Shown: piece after piece, positions 8,162 to 17,905 of the stretch
Numbering within the stretch: position 1 is the stretch's first letter
Layout: each line of letters begins with the position of its first letter
Origin: an uncultured Methylomirabilota bacterium
Lineage (GTDB): Bacteria > Methylomirabilota > Methylomirabilia > Methylomirabilales > 2-02-FULL-66-22
NCBI GenBank assembly: GCA_963705305.1
Contig: OY970067.1
Coordinates: forward strand, 1,536,001-1,600,000
Length of the DNA: 64,000 nucleotides
Reading direction: 5' to 3'
Translations under genes and position numbers: made by a program
The notes under the pieces: model-generated
What the model was told of the DNA's origin: nothing
The model's database searches: none
Seen by the model: the letters and a program-made list of their open reading frames with translations, nothing else

Positions 8162-9940
8162 TCAGCCTTCCACTCCCGTCCCAACAGAAAGCCGGGCGCT
8201 CTCGCCGCCCCCAAAATCCGGCGTCTCCGCCGGCAGGTCGATGACCGGATCGCGCTCTACGATCTTGTCGAGGGAGACGCCCATGGCGGCGTCCGTCTCG
8301 CGGTCCTCGCGGATCTCGACCAAGACCGGGATCCGCCGTCGGTTCGATTCCTCGATCGCCCAGGCCAGCGCCGGCTTGATCTCGTCCGGCTTGAGCACGC
8401 GGCGGCCCAAGCCTCCGAAACCCTCCATGATCTTGACGAAATCCGGTCCGTACCCGTCGCCATACCCGATGTCCACAGCATAGTTCATCTCGTAGATGTA
8501 CTTCGACGGCTGCCGGATGAGCGACAGGTAGCCGTTGTTCAGCATGACCATCACGTAGGGCACGTTGTTCTGGACGGCGGTGGCCAGATCTCCCAGGAGA
8601 AACTGGAAGGAGTAGTCGCCGACGACGCCCACGACCTGCGCCTCCGGCTTGCCCAGCTTGATCCCCAGGCAGGTCGGCACCTCCCAGCCCAAGGGGCCCG
8701 CCTGCCCGCAGCAGAAGTACGTCTCCGGCTGCTGGATCTCCTGGAACTGCCCGGACCAGATCTGGTACAGCCCGATGGAGGTGACGAAGACGGTGTCGGG
8801 TGGGAAGAACTCGTTCAGCTCCTGGAAGATTCGCTGCGGCTTGATGGGAACCTGGTCGAAGTCCATCTTGCGCCGGAAGCGGCGCTTGTAATCCGCGGCC
8901 TTCTTGGCCCAGTCGCCCGGGGCGCGCGGACCGGTCATCTCCCGGGCGACCCGCAGGAGCGCCTCCACCGCCAACTTTGCGTCCGCCACGATCCCGAGGT
9001 CGGGCGGGAAGACTTTTCCGAGCTGGGTCGGCTCGATGTCGATGTGGATAAACTTTCGGGTGCCGCGATAGACGGGTAGGTCGCCGGTGTGCCGGTCGGC
9101 AAAGCGGTTGCCGATGCAGAGGACCAGGTCCGATTCCAGAAACAGCTTGTTGCCGCCCCGCGTGTTGGTCTGGCAGCCCACCCGGCCTCCGTAGAGGGGA
9201 TGGTCGTAGGCGATACCCCCTTCCGCCATGTAGGTCGGGATCACGGGGACTTGCAGGTGCTCGGCCAGGGCAACGAACTCGCGGTAGGCGCGGGCGCGCA
9301 TCACGCCCCCGCCCATCAGGAGCAACGGGCGTTCGGCCTGGAGGAGCATCTGCAGCGCCCGCCGGATCTTCCGGATGTCCGGTGCCGGCTTACTCACCTC
9401 TAGCGGGGCATCGACGGCCGGGTCGTACTCCACCTCGCCGCGCTGGACGTCCAGGGGCAGGTCGATGAGCACGGGGCCCGGCCGCCCCTCCCGCGCGATC
9501 CGGAAGGCCTCGCGGAAGACGGACGGAATCTGGGCGGTCTCCAGGACACAGTAGCTTTTCTTCACCACCGGTTTGGCAATCTCGGCGATGTTGACCCCCT
9601 GGAAGGCCTCCTTGTGCAGGATGCTCTTGACCGCCTGGCCCGTGATGCAGACGATCGGAATGGAATCGCCCTGACAGGTGTAGAGGCCGGTGATCATGTT
9701 CGTCCCGGCGGGGCCCGAGGTGCCGATGGCCACGCCAACCTTGCCGGTGATCCGCGCCCAGCCATCGGCGGCGTGCGTCGCGCCCTCCTCGTGCCGCATC
9801 GTAAGGTGTCGGATCTTGCCGGACTTCGATAGGGCCTTGTAGAGTGGGAGGATGGCCGCCCCCGGAATGCCGAAACAGACCTCCACGCCCTCGCTCTCGA
9901 GAATCTTGACCGCCGCCTCCATCACGGGCATCTTGGCCAT
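8162..9940 (-). CDS. gcl: Glyoxylate carboligase (ThDP-dependent)
   Basis: GIPGAAI, GTSGPAGTNMITGLY, LHKEAFQ, ADRHTG, GQAGPLGW, GDYSFQF, NNGYLSLIRQ. Confidence 0.9.
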   Translation of the reverse strand: MAKMPVMEAAVKILESEGVEVCFGIPGAAILPLYKALSKSGKIRHLTMRHEEGATHAADGWARITGKVGVAIGTSGPAGTNMITGLYTCQGDSIPIVCITGQAVKSILHKEAFQGVNIAEIAKPVVKKSYCVLETAQIPSVFREAFRIAREGRPGPVLIDLPLDVQRGEVEYDPAVDAPLEVSKPAPDIRKIRRALQMLLQAERPLLLMGGGVMRARAYREFVALAEHLQVPVIPTYMAEGGIAYDHPLYGGRVGCQTNTRGGNKLFLESDLVLCIGNRFADRHTGDLPVYRGTRKFIHIDIEPTQLGKVFPPDLGIVADAKLAVEALLRVAREMTGPRAPGDWAKKAADYKRRFRRKMDFDQVPIKPQRIFQELNEFFPPDTVFVTSIGLYQIWSGQFQEIQQPETYFCCGQAGPLGWEVPTCLGIKLGKPEAQVVGVVGDYSFQFLLGDLATAVQNNVPYVMVMLNNGYLSLIRQPSKYIYEMNYAVDIGYGDGYGPDFVKIMEGFGGLGRRVLKPDEIKPALAWAIEESNRRRIPVLVEIREDRETDAAMGVSLDKIVERDPVIDLPAETPDFGGGESARLSVGTGVEG

Positions 9941-9974
9941 CGGGCCGCCTCCGGAGCCCTGTCAAGACCCACGC

Positions 9975-10358
9975 CTACCTGGGGCCGACGCATAACCCGC
10001 CATTGGCGTCATTTGCCAGCTCCCACAAGGCGATCCACTGGCTGGTCTTGATTCCCAGCGCCTGCCGCAAATAGTAGGCGCGCTCTTCCTGCGCCCACGC
10101 CTCGCCGCACCTGGCCAGCTGTCTCAGCCGTGCGCGGAAGAGCCGGCCATGTCCGTCCGTCCCGATGTGGCACATTTCGTGGAGGAGGGTCTTTCGCACA
10201 TCGGGCGAGGCGCAAATCCAGATGGTCCTGGCCGCATCGTCGATGCAGCCAAACTCGCCGGCGTGCGGCTGGCGTCTTCGCACCCGGTACTTGGGGAGCC
10301 GCCCGTCGAACAGGCGGCTGTTCAGGTCATCGAAGAGCCGGTCCAGATCGGTGTCCAT
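9975..10358 (-). CDS. SprT-like HExxH metalloprotease-domain protein
   Basis: LFDDLNSRLFDGRLP, TLLHEMCH, HGRLF. Confidence 0.75.
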   Translation of the reverse strand: MDTDLDRLFDDLNSRLFDGRLPKYRVRRRQPHAGEFGCIDDAARTIWICASPDVRKTLLHEMCHIGTDGHGRLFRARLRQLARCGEAWAQEERAYYLRQALGIKTSQWIALWELANDANGGLCVGPR

Positions 10359-10432
10359 CCATGCCCTTTTTCGCTGCAGACCCGGGATCCTCCCCACGCG
10401 GTCAGAGGCCGGCCGCTGCCGTGGGGTCTCGC

Positions 10433-12322
10433 CTACCACGAGTCCCCCGGTTTGGCGGCCCACTCGATGCCCAGCTCGACCAGCTTCGCGTAGGTCGGCC
10501 AGCCGGTTTCCGGGTCCCATCCCTCCAACTGGTGGTAGAGCCGGAGAGCTCGCTGAAAGGCGTCCGGCTCGACGCGCACCCCCGCGAGGGGCCCGCTGGT
10601 GAAGGCCTCGTGCAGCCGCTTGGGCAGCGTGTCGTCCTTCGGCGTGAAGCCCTCCCGGCAGTTGAAGGCCCGGGCCAGGGCCTTCGACCGCTCCCCCACC
10701 TTGATCAGCTCCCACAGGCTGGTATCCCAGCCCGTCACGGCGCGCATGGCATTCACGACCAGGGTGAGGCCAATGACGTTGGCGGGCGCGGAGGCAAGGT
10801 GACAGACCCCGATGCAGCTGCAGAGCGCCCACCAGTGATTGGCGTAATGGTAGGCGCGCACCTTCCGCGGGCTGAGCTCCAGGCGCTTGAGCGGCTCGGC
10901 CAGTCCCAGGGGCTCCAGGGGGTGCGCTCCCTGCGGGTGGAAGCCCTCGTAGGCCGGGTCTTGGGGGGCGCGCATGTGGTCCGCCCCGGCGGGGGCGGTG
11001 GCGTAGGAGAGGGACAGGGCCTGCTTTCCCCTCGGCTCGTGCATGGGGAGCTCCTGCCGCTTGACCGTGAGGACGAACTGCTCCGCGCCCTGCCCGAGCC
11101 GCTTCGCCGCCCGGTCCGAGCCCAGAGCCAGGAGATCTCCCAGACCCTCGCGCCGGGCGATCTTCTCCGTCAGGGCGAGCATGGCCTCGGCGTTCCCGAA
11201 CCGGAGGTCCAGCCCGTCGGTGTCGGCCCGGGTCAGGATCCCGTTCTCGAAGCACTCCATGGCGAACGCGATCGTCATTCCCACCGAGATCGTATCCATC
11301 ACGTACTCCCCACAGATCTGATGGAACTTGGCGATGGCCTTCAGGTCGCCGATGCCGCAGACCGAGCCGCTCGAGCCGATGGTCTCGTACTCCGGGCCTC
11401 CGTACTTGGCGGTCACCCCCATCTCGGGGACGTTCACGTCCCGCTTGCAGGCGATGGCACAGGCGTAGCAGGTCCCTTCGTCCTCCAGGATCGTCTCCGC
11501 CATGGTCTGGCCGCTGATGGCCTTGGCGTCCTCGAATTGCCCTTCCCGGAAATTGCGGGTGGGCAGGATGCCGTCGGCGCTCATCGCCACGACATTCCGC
11601 GAGGTCCCGTACTTGTGGAGCATGTCGGTGTCCCGGTTGTAGTGCTCGCGGAACCATTTCACGCAGGCCTGAAGCCCCTCCTTGTCCTTGGGCTCGAGTC
11701 GGTCGTGGCCCCGGACGACGATGGCCCGCAGCTTCTTGCTCGCCATGACGGCCCCCAGGCCGCTCCGGCCGTTAAAGTGCTTCAGCTCGTTCACGATGTT
11801 GGCCATGAGGTTGCCGAGCTCGCCCGCGATCCCGCACTGGAGCACCCGGGCCCGCTTGTCGGTCTCCGCCACCAGGCGATCCTGTACGTCGCCGGAGAGC
11901 TTCCCCCAGACGTGCGCGGCCTGCCGGATCTCCACCTGCCCATCGCAGATCCAGAGATAGACCGGGGCGGGGGACCGGCCAGTCACGATGATCCCGTCAA
12001 AGCCGGCAAACTTCAGCTCGGGTCCCCACCAGCCGCCGGCCTCTCCCTCCCCGTACCCCCCTGTGAGGGGCGACTTCGCGGCCGCGCTGAACCGATTCGT
12101 GCCGGAGAGCGGAATCCCGTTCAGCGGACAGGTGGCAAACACGAGCATGTTGTCCGGACCCAACGGATCCACGCCCGGCGGCAGCTCGCGCAGCAGGATC
12201 GAGGCCGCCATCGCCGCGCCCCCCATGAACTGGCGGTAGGTCAGGGGAGAGAACTCCTCCACGGCGGTGGTGCCTTCAGTCAGGTTTACTCGCAGGTACT
12301 TCCCGGTGAACGCTCCCTGCAC
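10433..12322 (-). CDS. Aldehyde:ferredoxin oxidoreductase family protein (W/Mo)
   Basis: DPLGPDN, KSPLTGG, GRSGLGAVMASKKLRA, CYACAIAC, GPEYET, HEPRG. Confidence 0.93.
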   Translation of the reverse strand: MQGAFTGKYLRVNLTEGTTAVEEFSPLTYRQFMGGAAMAASILLRELPPGVDPLGPDNMLVFATCPLNGIPLSGTNRFSAAAKSPLTGGYGEGEAGGWWGPELKFAGFDGIIVTGRSPAPVYLWICDGQVEIRQAAHVWGKLSGDVQDRLVAETDKRARVLQCGIAGELGNLMANIVNELKHFNGRSGLGAVMASKKLRAIVVRGHDRLEPKDKEGLQACVKWFREHYNRDTDMLHKYGTSRNVVAMSADGILPTRNFREGQFEDAKAISGQTMAETILEDEGTCYACAIACKRDVNVPEMGVTAKYGGPEYETIGSSGSVCGIGDLKAIAKFHQICGEYVMDTISVGMTIAFAMECFENGILTRADTDGLDLRFGNAEAMLALTEKIARREGLGDLLALGSDRAAKRLGQGAEQFVLTVKRQELPMHEPRGKQALSLSYATAPAGADHMRAPQDPAYEGFHPQGAHPLEPLGLAEPLKRLELSPRKVRAYHYANHWWALCSCIGVCHLASAPANVIGLTLVVNAMRAVTGWDTSLWELIKVGERSKALARAFNCREGFTPKDDTLPKRLHEAFTSGPLAGVRVEPDAFQRALRLYHQLEGWDPETGWPTYAKLVELGIEWAAKPGDSW

Positions 12323-12430
12323 GGTGGCTCCTCCACACTCGGCAACTGCGTGTCATGGTGCGGGACGCCGGTCAGGTCGGGCCGGCTGGCGCATGGCTCC
12401 CGCCTCGGCGATCCGGCGCGCCGCGCATCC

Positions 12431-12703
12431 CTAGTGCCCCTCGAGCACCCGCCGCACCGTCTCCTCGGCCGTCCGGACCTCGGCGTTGACCGCCTTCTCG
12501 ACCATCACGGCCGCCCGGATCGCGTCCTCGGCCGCCTGGAGCTCCTGCGGAGTGCACAGGCCTTTGGCGACCAGCACATTCGTGATCGCGGCGACCCGGT
12601 AGCCGTACTCCTCAACCGCGTGATGGAGGGCGCCGAGATAGCCCAGGTACTTCCGGTCCATTGCCCTGAGGAGTTCCTGATGCTCCAGCGTGAATTCGGA
12701 CAT
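12431..12703 (-). CDS. Hypothetical helical protein
   Basis: AGGAG RBS, protein-like composition, fills gap in co-directional run. Confidence 0.6.
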   Translation of the reverse strand: MSEFTLEHQELLRAMDRKYLGYLGALHHAVEEYGYRVAAITNVLVAKGLCTPQELQAAEDAIRAAVMVEKAVNAEVRTAEETVRRVLEGH

Positions 12704-12726
12704 GGGCCACACTCCTGAATCAGCGG

Positions 12727-13440
12727 CTACCCGTTCCACGCGCGGACGCGGGCTGGCGCCAGAGCCGCGAGGCATACCAATGCATCTTGGCTGCGACCGT
12801 GCTCGCGCATGACTCGCTCACAAACCTCGTAGTCCTTGAGCCCGAGGGCGAAGAGGGCGTCGCGGTGCGCCGCCACGGCCCGCTGACAGCCGTCGCGGGA
12901 GATGCGCGCGCCCGGCCAATGGCGCATGAGATGCTGGCTGTTGGCCAGCATCCGGCCGGCAAGCCGCGGCGTGCCGGCAACACCGGCCGTCAGGGATGCG
13001 TGAAACCGGTGATTCCACGACGCGACGCCGATCAGACTCCCGCGTGCCATGGCGGCCTCCGCCTGCCTGACGGTCTCGGCGAGAGCCGCCAGGACCTCCT
13101 GGCTCGCCCGCTCGCCGAGAAAGCGAAACATATGCCCCTCGAGCACTCCCGTAAGCTCGGGGAGATCATCCATCTCCGCCTCCGACTGGAGCGGCATCAT
13201 GAAGCCCCGGTGGGCGTGGGGCACGATCAGGCCCTCCGCTTCGAGCCGGTGTAGCGCCTCCCGCACCGGAGTGCGACTGACCCGGAGCGCATCGGCGAGA
13301 TGGACCTCGGTCAGCCGCTGGCCGGGCGGAATCGAGGCGGACAGGATCGCCTGCTTCAAAGACGCGTAGACCCGGGTGCGGGCGGGAGGCGCAGCTGGGC
13401 GGCCGGGGTGCATCGCGGGGGAGGGTTTGGTCTCCATCAT
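12727..13440 (-). CDS. GntR-family regulator (FCD domain)
   Basis: PGQRLTE..LA..L.VSRTPVREAL..LE.EGL; NHRFH, AAHRD in FCD. Confidence 0.85.
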   Translation of the reverse strand: MMETKPSPAMHPGRPAAPPARTRVYASLKQAILSASIPPGQRLTEVHLADALRVSRTPVREALHRLEAEGLIVPHAHRGFMMPLQSEAEMDDLPELTGVLEGHMFRFLGERASQEVLAALAETVRQAEAAMARGSLIGVASWNHRFHASLTAGVAGTPRLAGRMLANSQHLMRHWPGARISRDGCQRAVAAHRDALFALGLKDYEVCERVMREHGRSQDALVCLAALAPARVRAWNG

Positions 13441-13517
13441 TACCCTGAAATCCGAGAGTGATCCGGGGCTCACCCCGGCAACGGGGCCGGCGCACCAGCC
13501 GGGCGTCAAATTCTTTA

Positions 13518-13535
13518 TATGCTTTTTAAAGCATA
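13518..13535. promoter_or_regulatory. Palindromic operator TATGCTTT-TT-AAAGCATA
   Basis: Perfect 8-bp inverted repeat next to a minus-strand TTGACT in the AT-rich divergent intergenic region. Confidence 0.55.
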
Positions 13536-13796
13536 GTCAAGGGGATGCTCACAGCCTCGCGGTGTTTGTCATGATCGACGTGCCACTTCCAGACTCCCGG
13601 CGGACGGAACGGCGCGCCGTCCTCGAGGGGATAGGCAAAATTCATTTGATTTATCGGATGGATGGCGGCGATTATGTGGTCGCCGGCAAAAAGAGCGGGT
13701 GATCGACCCGGCGGAAGGCACGGCGAACGGGTCATGCGAGGATCGCTGGCGCGCGAGGAGTTCTGCACGCCGACAGCGGGGTGAGGAGCCGTCGGT

Positions 13797-15041
13797 ATGG
13801 CAAGCCCCAAGACCATTGCTGTTATCTGTACCCTGGATACGAAGGGTCTCCAGGCGGAGCTGATCAAACGGCTCATCGAGGGGGCCGGTCACCGTCCCCT
13901 TATCGTAGATACCGGCGTGCGGGGGGCGCCGGCCTTTTCCGCCGACGTGTCCCGCGACGAGGTGGCCCGGGAGGGCGGAACCAGCATTCCTGCGCTGGCG
14001 GGGCTGGGAGACCGGGGGAAGGCCTTGGAGGCAATGATGATGGGCGCATCCGCCCTGGTGGCCCGGTTGCACCGCGAGGGGAAGATCGACGGCGTGCTGG
14101 GTCTGGGCGGAGGCAGCGGGACCTCGATCGCCTGTGGGGCCATGCGAGGACTGCCCTTCGGGGTGCCCAAAGTCATGATTTCCACGATGGCGAGCGGAGA
14201 GGTGGGCCGGTACGTCGGGACCAAAGACATCGCCATGCTGAATTCGGTCACCGATATCATGGGGTTGAATCCCATCCTGCGCCGCATCCTGGCCAACGGG
14301 GTCGGGGCCATCGTGGGCATGGTGGAGGCGGCTGAGCGCGCGATCGAGTGCGAGGGTGAATCGACAAAACCGACCGTTGCGATCACCGCCTTCGGTGTCA
14401 CGACCCGCGCGGCCATGCGATGCCATGCCCTGCTGGAGGCGGCGGGCTTTAACACGATGATCTTCCACGCCAACGGAACCGGCGGCCGAGCGATGGAGGA
14501 GCTCATCGCACACGGGGCTATCGACGGCGTGCTCGATCTCACCACTACCGAGCTGGCCGATGAGCTCTGTGGGGGGAAGTTGAGTGCCGGTCCGCGGCGG
14601 CTCGAAGCGGCTGGCGCGCGCGGGATTCCCCAGGTCGTCCTGCCGGGCGCCATGGATATGGTGAACTTCGGCCCGCCGGAGACGGTCCCGCCCGAGTACA
14701 CCGGGCGACGCCTCTACCGCCATAGCCCCGCGACGACCTTGATGCGGACCACCGTCGACGAGAATCGCCTGCTGGGGAAATGGATGGGGGAGAAGCTGGC
14801 GAAGGCCGTTGGTCCAACCGTGTTGATGCTGCCCCTGCGGGGCTTCTCGGAGTATGACCAGGCAGGCGGGGTGTTCCACGACCCGGAGGCCGATCTCGCC
14901 TTTATAGAATCGGCCCTGTCGGCGCTGGGGAGCCGTGTCGAGGTGGTGCGGCTTGATCGCTCGATCAACGACCCTGCGTGCGCCGATGCCGTCGTGAAGT
15001 CGCTGTTGGAATTGATGGGACGAACGAGTCCGAAGGGGTAG
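13797..15041 (+). CDS. Tm-1-like ATP-binding protein (UPF0261)
   Basis: TLDTKG, GGGSGT, LPFGVPKVMIST, FHANGTGGRAME, DLTTTE, DMVNFG. Confidence 0.92.
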   Translation: MASPKTIAVICTLDTKGLQAELIKRLIEGAGHRPLIVDTGVRGAPAFSADVSRDEVAREGGTSIPALAGLGDRGKALEAMMMGASALVARLHREGKIDGVLGLGGGSGTSIACGAMRGLPFGVPKVMISTMASGEVGRYVGTKDIAMLNSVTDIMGLNPILRRILANGVGAIVGMVEAAERAIECEGESTKPTVAITAFGVTTRAAMRCHALLEAAGFNTMIFHANGTGGRAMEELIAHGAIDGVLDLTTTELADELCGGKLSAGPRRLEAAGARGIPQVVLPGAMDMVNFGPPETVPPEYTGRRLYRHSPATTLMRTTVDENRLLGKWMGEKLAKAVGPTVLMLPLRGFSEYDQAGGVFHDPEADLAFIESALSALGSRVEVVRLDRSINDPACADAVVKSLLELMGRTSPKG

Positions 15042-15076
15042 AAGGCATTTCAGGGATTGGCATGGGAGGCACGCGA

Positions 15077-15913
15077 ATGGCGATCAGGTACAGTCGCAAC
15101 CAGGTGGCGGCACGACTTGCGGCAACCCTCAAGGCCGGGAGCCCGGTGATTGTCGCGGGGGCGGGAAACGGCCTCTCCGCCAAGTGTGCAGAACTGGGCG
15201 GTATCGATCTCATCATCATCTACAACTCCGGACGCTTCCGCATGGATGGGATGCCCTCCATCGCGGGTCTGATGCCGTATGGCAATGCGAATGACATCGT
15301 GCTGGAGATGGGGGAGCGTCATGTCCTGCCCGCGGTGAAGGGGACGCCCGTCCTCGCCGGGGTCTGCGGAACCGACCCGACCCGCGACATGCGCCGGTTC
15401 CTCGGGCGGGTCGTGGACACCGGCTTCTCGGGGGTGATCAACTACCCGACCGTGGCGCGTTTCGAGGGCAATCTTCGTCGGGATCTGGAGTCGGTCGGTC
15501 TGGGATTCGCCCGGGAGGTTGAGATGATCGGCATGGCCCGAGAGCTCGATCTTTACACGACCTGCTACGTGCGGACTCCGGAAGAGAGCCGGCAGATGGC
15601 GGCAGCGGGCGTCGACTTGGTCGTCCCGCATGTGGGCCTGACCACCGGGGGGACGATCGGCGCGAAGAATGCCCTCAGCCTGGAGGAGGCAGCCGCGGCC
15701 ACCCAGGCCATGATTCGGGCGGCGCGGGAGGTGAATCCCGAGGTGATTGCCCTGGCGCACGGCGGGCCGATCGCCGGCCCGGAGGACGTGGCGTACATCT
15801 TGACGCACACCGACGCCCAGGGGTTCGTCGGCGCGTCCAGCATGGAACGGCTTCCCGTAGAGCGGGCGATCGTGCAGGTGGTCGAGGACCTCAAAGCTCT
15901 CAGGCTGCGATAG
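15077..15913 (+). CDS. PEP hydrolase-like / TIM-barrel signal transduction protein
   Basis: GAGNGLSAK, IYNSGRFR, GVCGTDP, HVGLT, HGGPI, GASSMERLP. Confidence 0.92.
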   Translation: MAIRYSRNQVAARLAATLKAGSPVIVAGAGNGLSAKCAELGGIDLIIIYNSGRFRMDGMPSIAGLMPYGNANDIVLEMGERHVLPAVKGTPVLAGVCGTDPTRDMRRFLGRVVDTGFSGVINYPTVARFEGNLRRDLESVGLGFAREVEMIGMARELDLYTTCYVRTPEESRQMAAAGVDLVVPHVGLTTGGTIGAKNALSLEEAAAATQAMIRAAREVNPEVIALAHGGPIAGPEDVAYILTHTDAQGFVGASSMERLPVERAIVQVVEDLKALRLR

Positions 15914-16225
15914 CTCTATCGATCGGGCGCTCACGATCGGTGGGGTGCTAGTGGAAAGCGGGACAGGAAGCCAGACGCTCCTTCCTCTGTCTCCTGGATC
16001 CCCTTGAGCAGGTGGCGCGGGTGGCGTCGTCGGGGGAGATCGTCCGCCTCGATCCTGCGGACGATCATGGGGTGGAGGATGCCCAGGACGGCCGGCCGCA
16101 CTGGCGGGGCATCACGGCTCCTGTCATCCTGAGTGAAGGTCGTCAGAATAATTCCAATGAGTCAGCAACCCCAGTGCGGAGCGAGGACGAGCGTCGTAGC
16201 AGAATGGAGCGGATGCCGGCGGCCC

Positions 16226-17140
16226 CTACCGATCAGTCTTGCCGGCCGGAATTCGGCTCTCGCAGGGGACATCGGTCTGGCACAGCCCGCAGCCCGGGTA
16301 CGGGCCCACGTAGCCGGTCCTGCCCTCCGCCTGCAGGCGGGCCGGCATTCCCGTGCGAAGGTACGTCGCACACGTGGCCTTGTCATGGCCCTGCGCGGTG
16401 ATCGCGCCCACGGGGCATCTGGCGGCGCACCGGCCGCACGCCCCGTTCCTGTAGAACAGGCAGTAGGCCGTATGGGAGCCGGCGGGACGGGGCGACGGCG
16501 GGATGGGAAGGTCGCAGACGACGCTCCCGAGCCGGACGGCGAGTCCCCTGGGCGTGATCAGCCCGTCGTTCAGGCTGAAAGTGCCAAGGCCGGCGGCGTA
16601 GGCGACGTGACGCTGGGACCAGCGCGAGGCGGGGGCATTGGGGACATCGCGCTTGACCTCGAACCAAGGCGCCAGCTCCGGGGCGACGGCATGGTAGCCG
16701 TGGTCTTCGAGCAGTGCGACCAGGTGGCGGGACAGCCGGACGATGCACTCCTGGCCGTACCAACGGGTGGCATTCCAGCGGGGTGAGCAGATCGCCGTTT
16801 CCTGGTGCTGGCTTGCCCGCGTCGCCGCCGTGCTGGGCAGGACGAAGGCGATGACGCTCACGGCTGCCGGATGAGGTCGATTGCACTCCGTCGCCCGGAT
16901 GCGCATCTCCAGGGCCTCCCGCGGCGTCATATGGAAGTCGCCGATGATCCGCCGGTAGTCCTGGAAGAGCGGGTCGTCGCCATCGGCAAAGCCCACGAGG
17001 GGGGCGTCCCAGATGGCCTCCCCCAGCGCACCGGGCAGCCGGTTGTTCACGCTGGTTGCGACGTACGTCTCGATGGCCGCCGTCAGCACCTTGGCGGGGG
17101 CTATCGCAAGTTGTTCCGCGGCTGCCGGAACATCATTCAC
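16226..17140 (-). CDS. Epoxyqueuosine reductase (QueG)-like Fe-S protein
   Basis: WSQRHVAYAAGLGTFSLNDGLIT, CGRCAARCP, GCGLCQTDVPC; GTG start after GGAGGAGG. Confidence 0.85.
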   Translation of the reverse strand: MNDVPAAAEQLAIAPAKVLTAAIETYVATSVNNRLPGALGEAIWDAPLVGFADGDDPLFQDYRRIIGDFHMTPREALEMRIRATECNRPHPAAVSVIAFVLPSTAATRASQHQETAICSPRWNATRWYGQECIVRLSRHLVALLEDHGYHAVAPELAPWFEVKRDVPNAPASRWSQRHVAYAAGLGTFSLNDGLITPRGLAVRLGSVVCDLPIPPSPRPAGSHTAYCLFYRNGACGRCAARCPVGAITAQGHDKATCATYLRTGMPARLQAEGRTGYVGPYPGCGLCQTDVPCESRIPAGKTDR

Positions 17141-17905
17141 CTTGGACCTCCTCCGGGAAGACAGGATAATACCGCGTCGGTCGACCCGCGAAGCATACAC
17201 CGAATTGCCGAAGAACGCCTGCGGTATCTGCGGCAATCCGACCGGTCGGGGCGAGTCATGGACGCGATGAGGATCCACCCGAAGGCTGGTAGCAGGTGGG
17301 CTGCAGGGGCAGGAGCCGAGCTCTTGAAGGCACGGGGCCGACGGGATCGGTCAGGAGACAATGAGGCTGCCGGGGCAGGCCGGCGACCATAGATAGGTGG
17401 TGTCCCCAGCAGGATGCGCCCACCCGCGGGAGCAGCCCTTACGTTTCAAATCGAGGGTGGCGCTTGTGGATTCTGCTTGCCGGTAACATGAAATCCCAGG
17501 GTAATTCGTTGACTTACTATGGCGCTTCCTTTTTCGCCATGGGTAGCATCGGGTGGTTTTGGGCGGGTTTTGGGTCCTCGCCGGCACAGTCTTGGACCCA
17601 ACCGGGCAGACCCCCGACTTCCCTAAAATGACTCGCGGGCCCCCCGCTGGTGCTAGTGGGCAGACCGGCGGGCGACCGTCAGCCCAATTGCGAGAATTGC
17701 GCATATCACGCTCCTGCCCTCCGTCATGCGTTCTTCATATGAGCATTTGGGCTTGACAACCATGTTTGGTGCAACGGATACTCCGCCGCACACAAGGCGC
17801 CGAGCCTGGACCGGGCCGCCAGGGGGCTTTTTGGGGCGCTCCGTCGGGGTGCGAGATGGCCGCTGCCCCAACAAGAAGCAACTTCCTGTCACGTTAAGGA
17901 GGTGC

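Noticed and set aside
10130..12718. 862-aa plus-strand ORF and similar long antisense ORFs (22703-24637, 34340-36454, 45925-47880, 49725-51554, 56439-58436)
   Set aside because: Antisense shadows of well-supported genes, common in high-GC DNA; no motifs.
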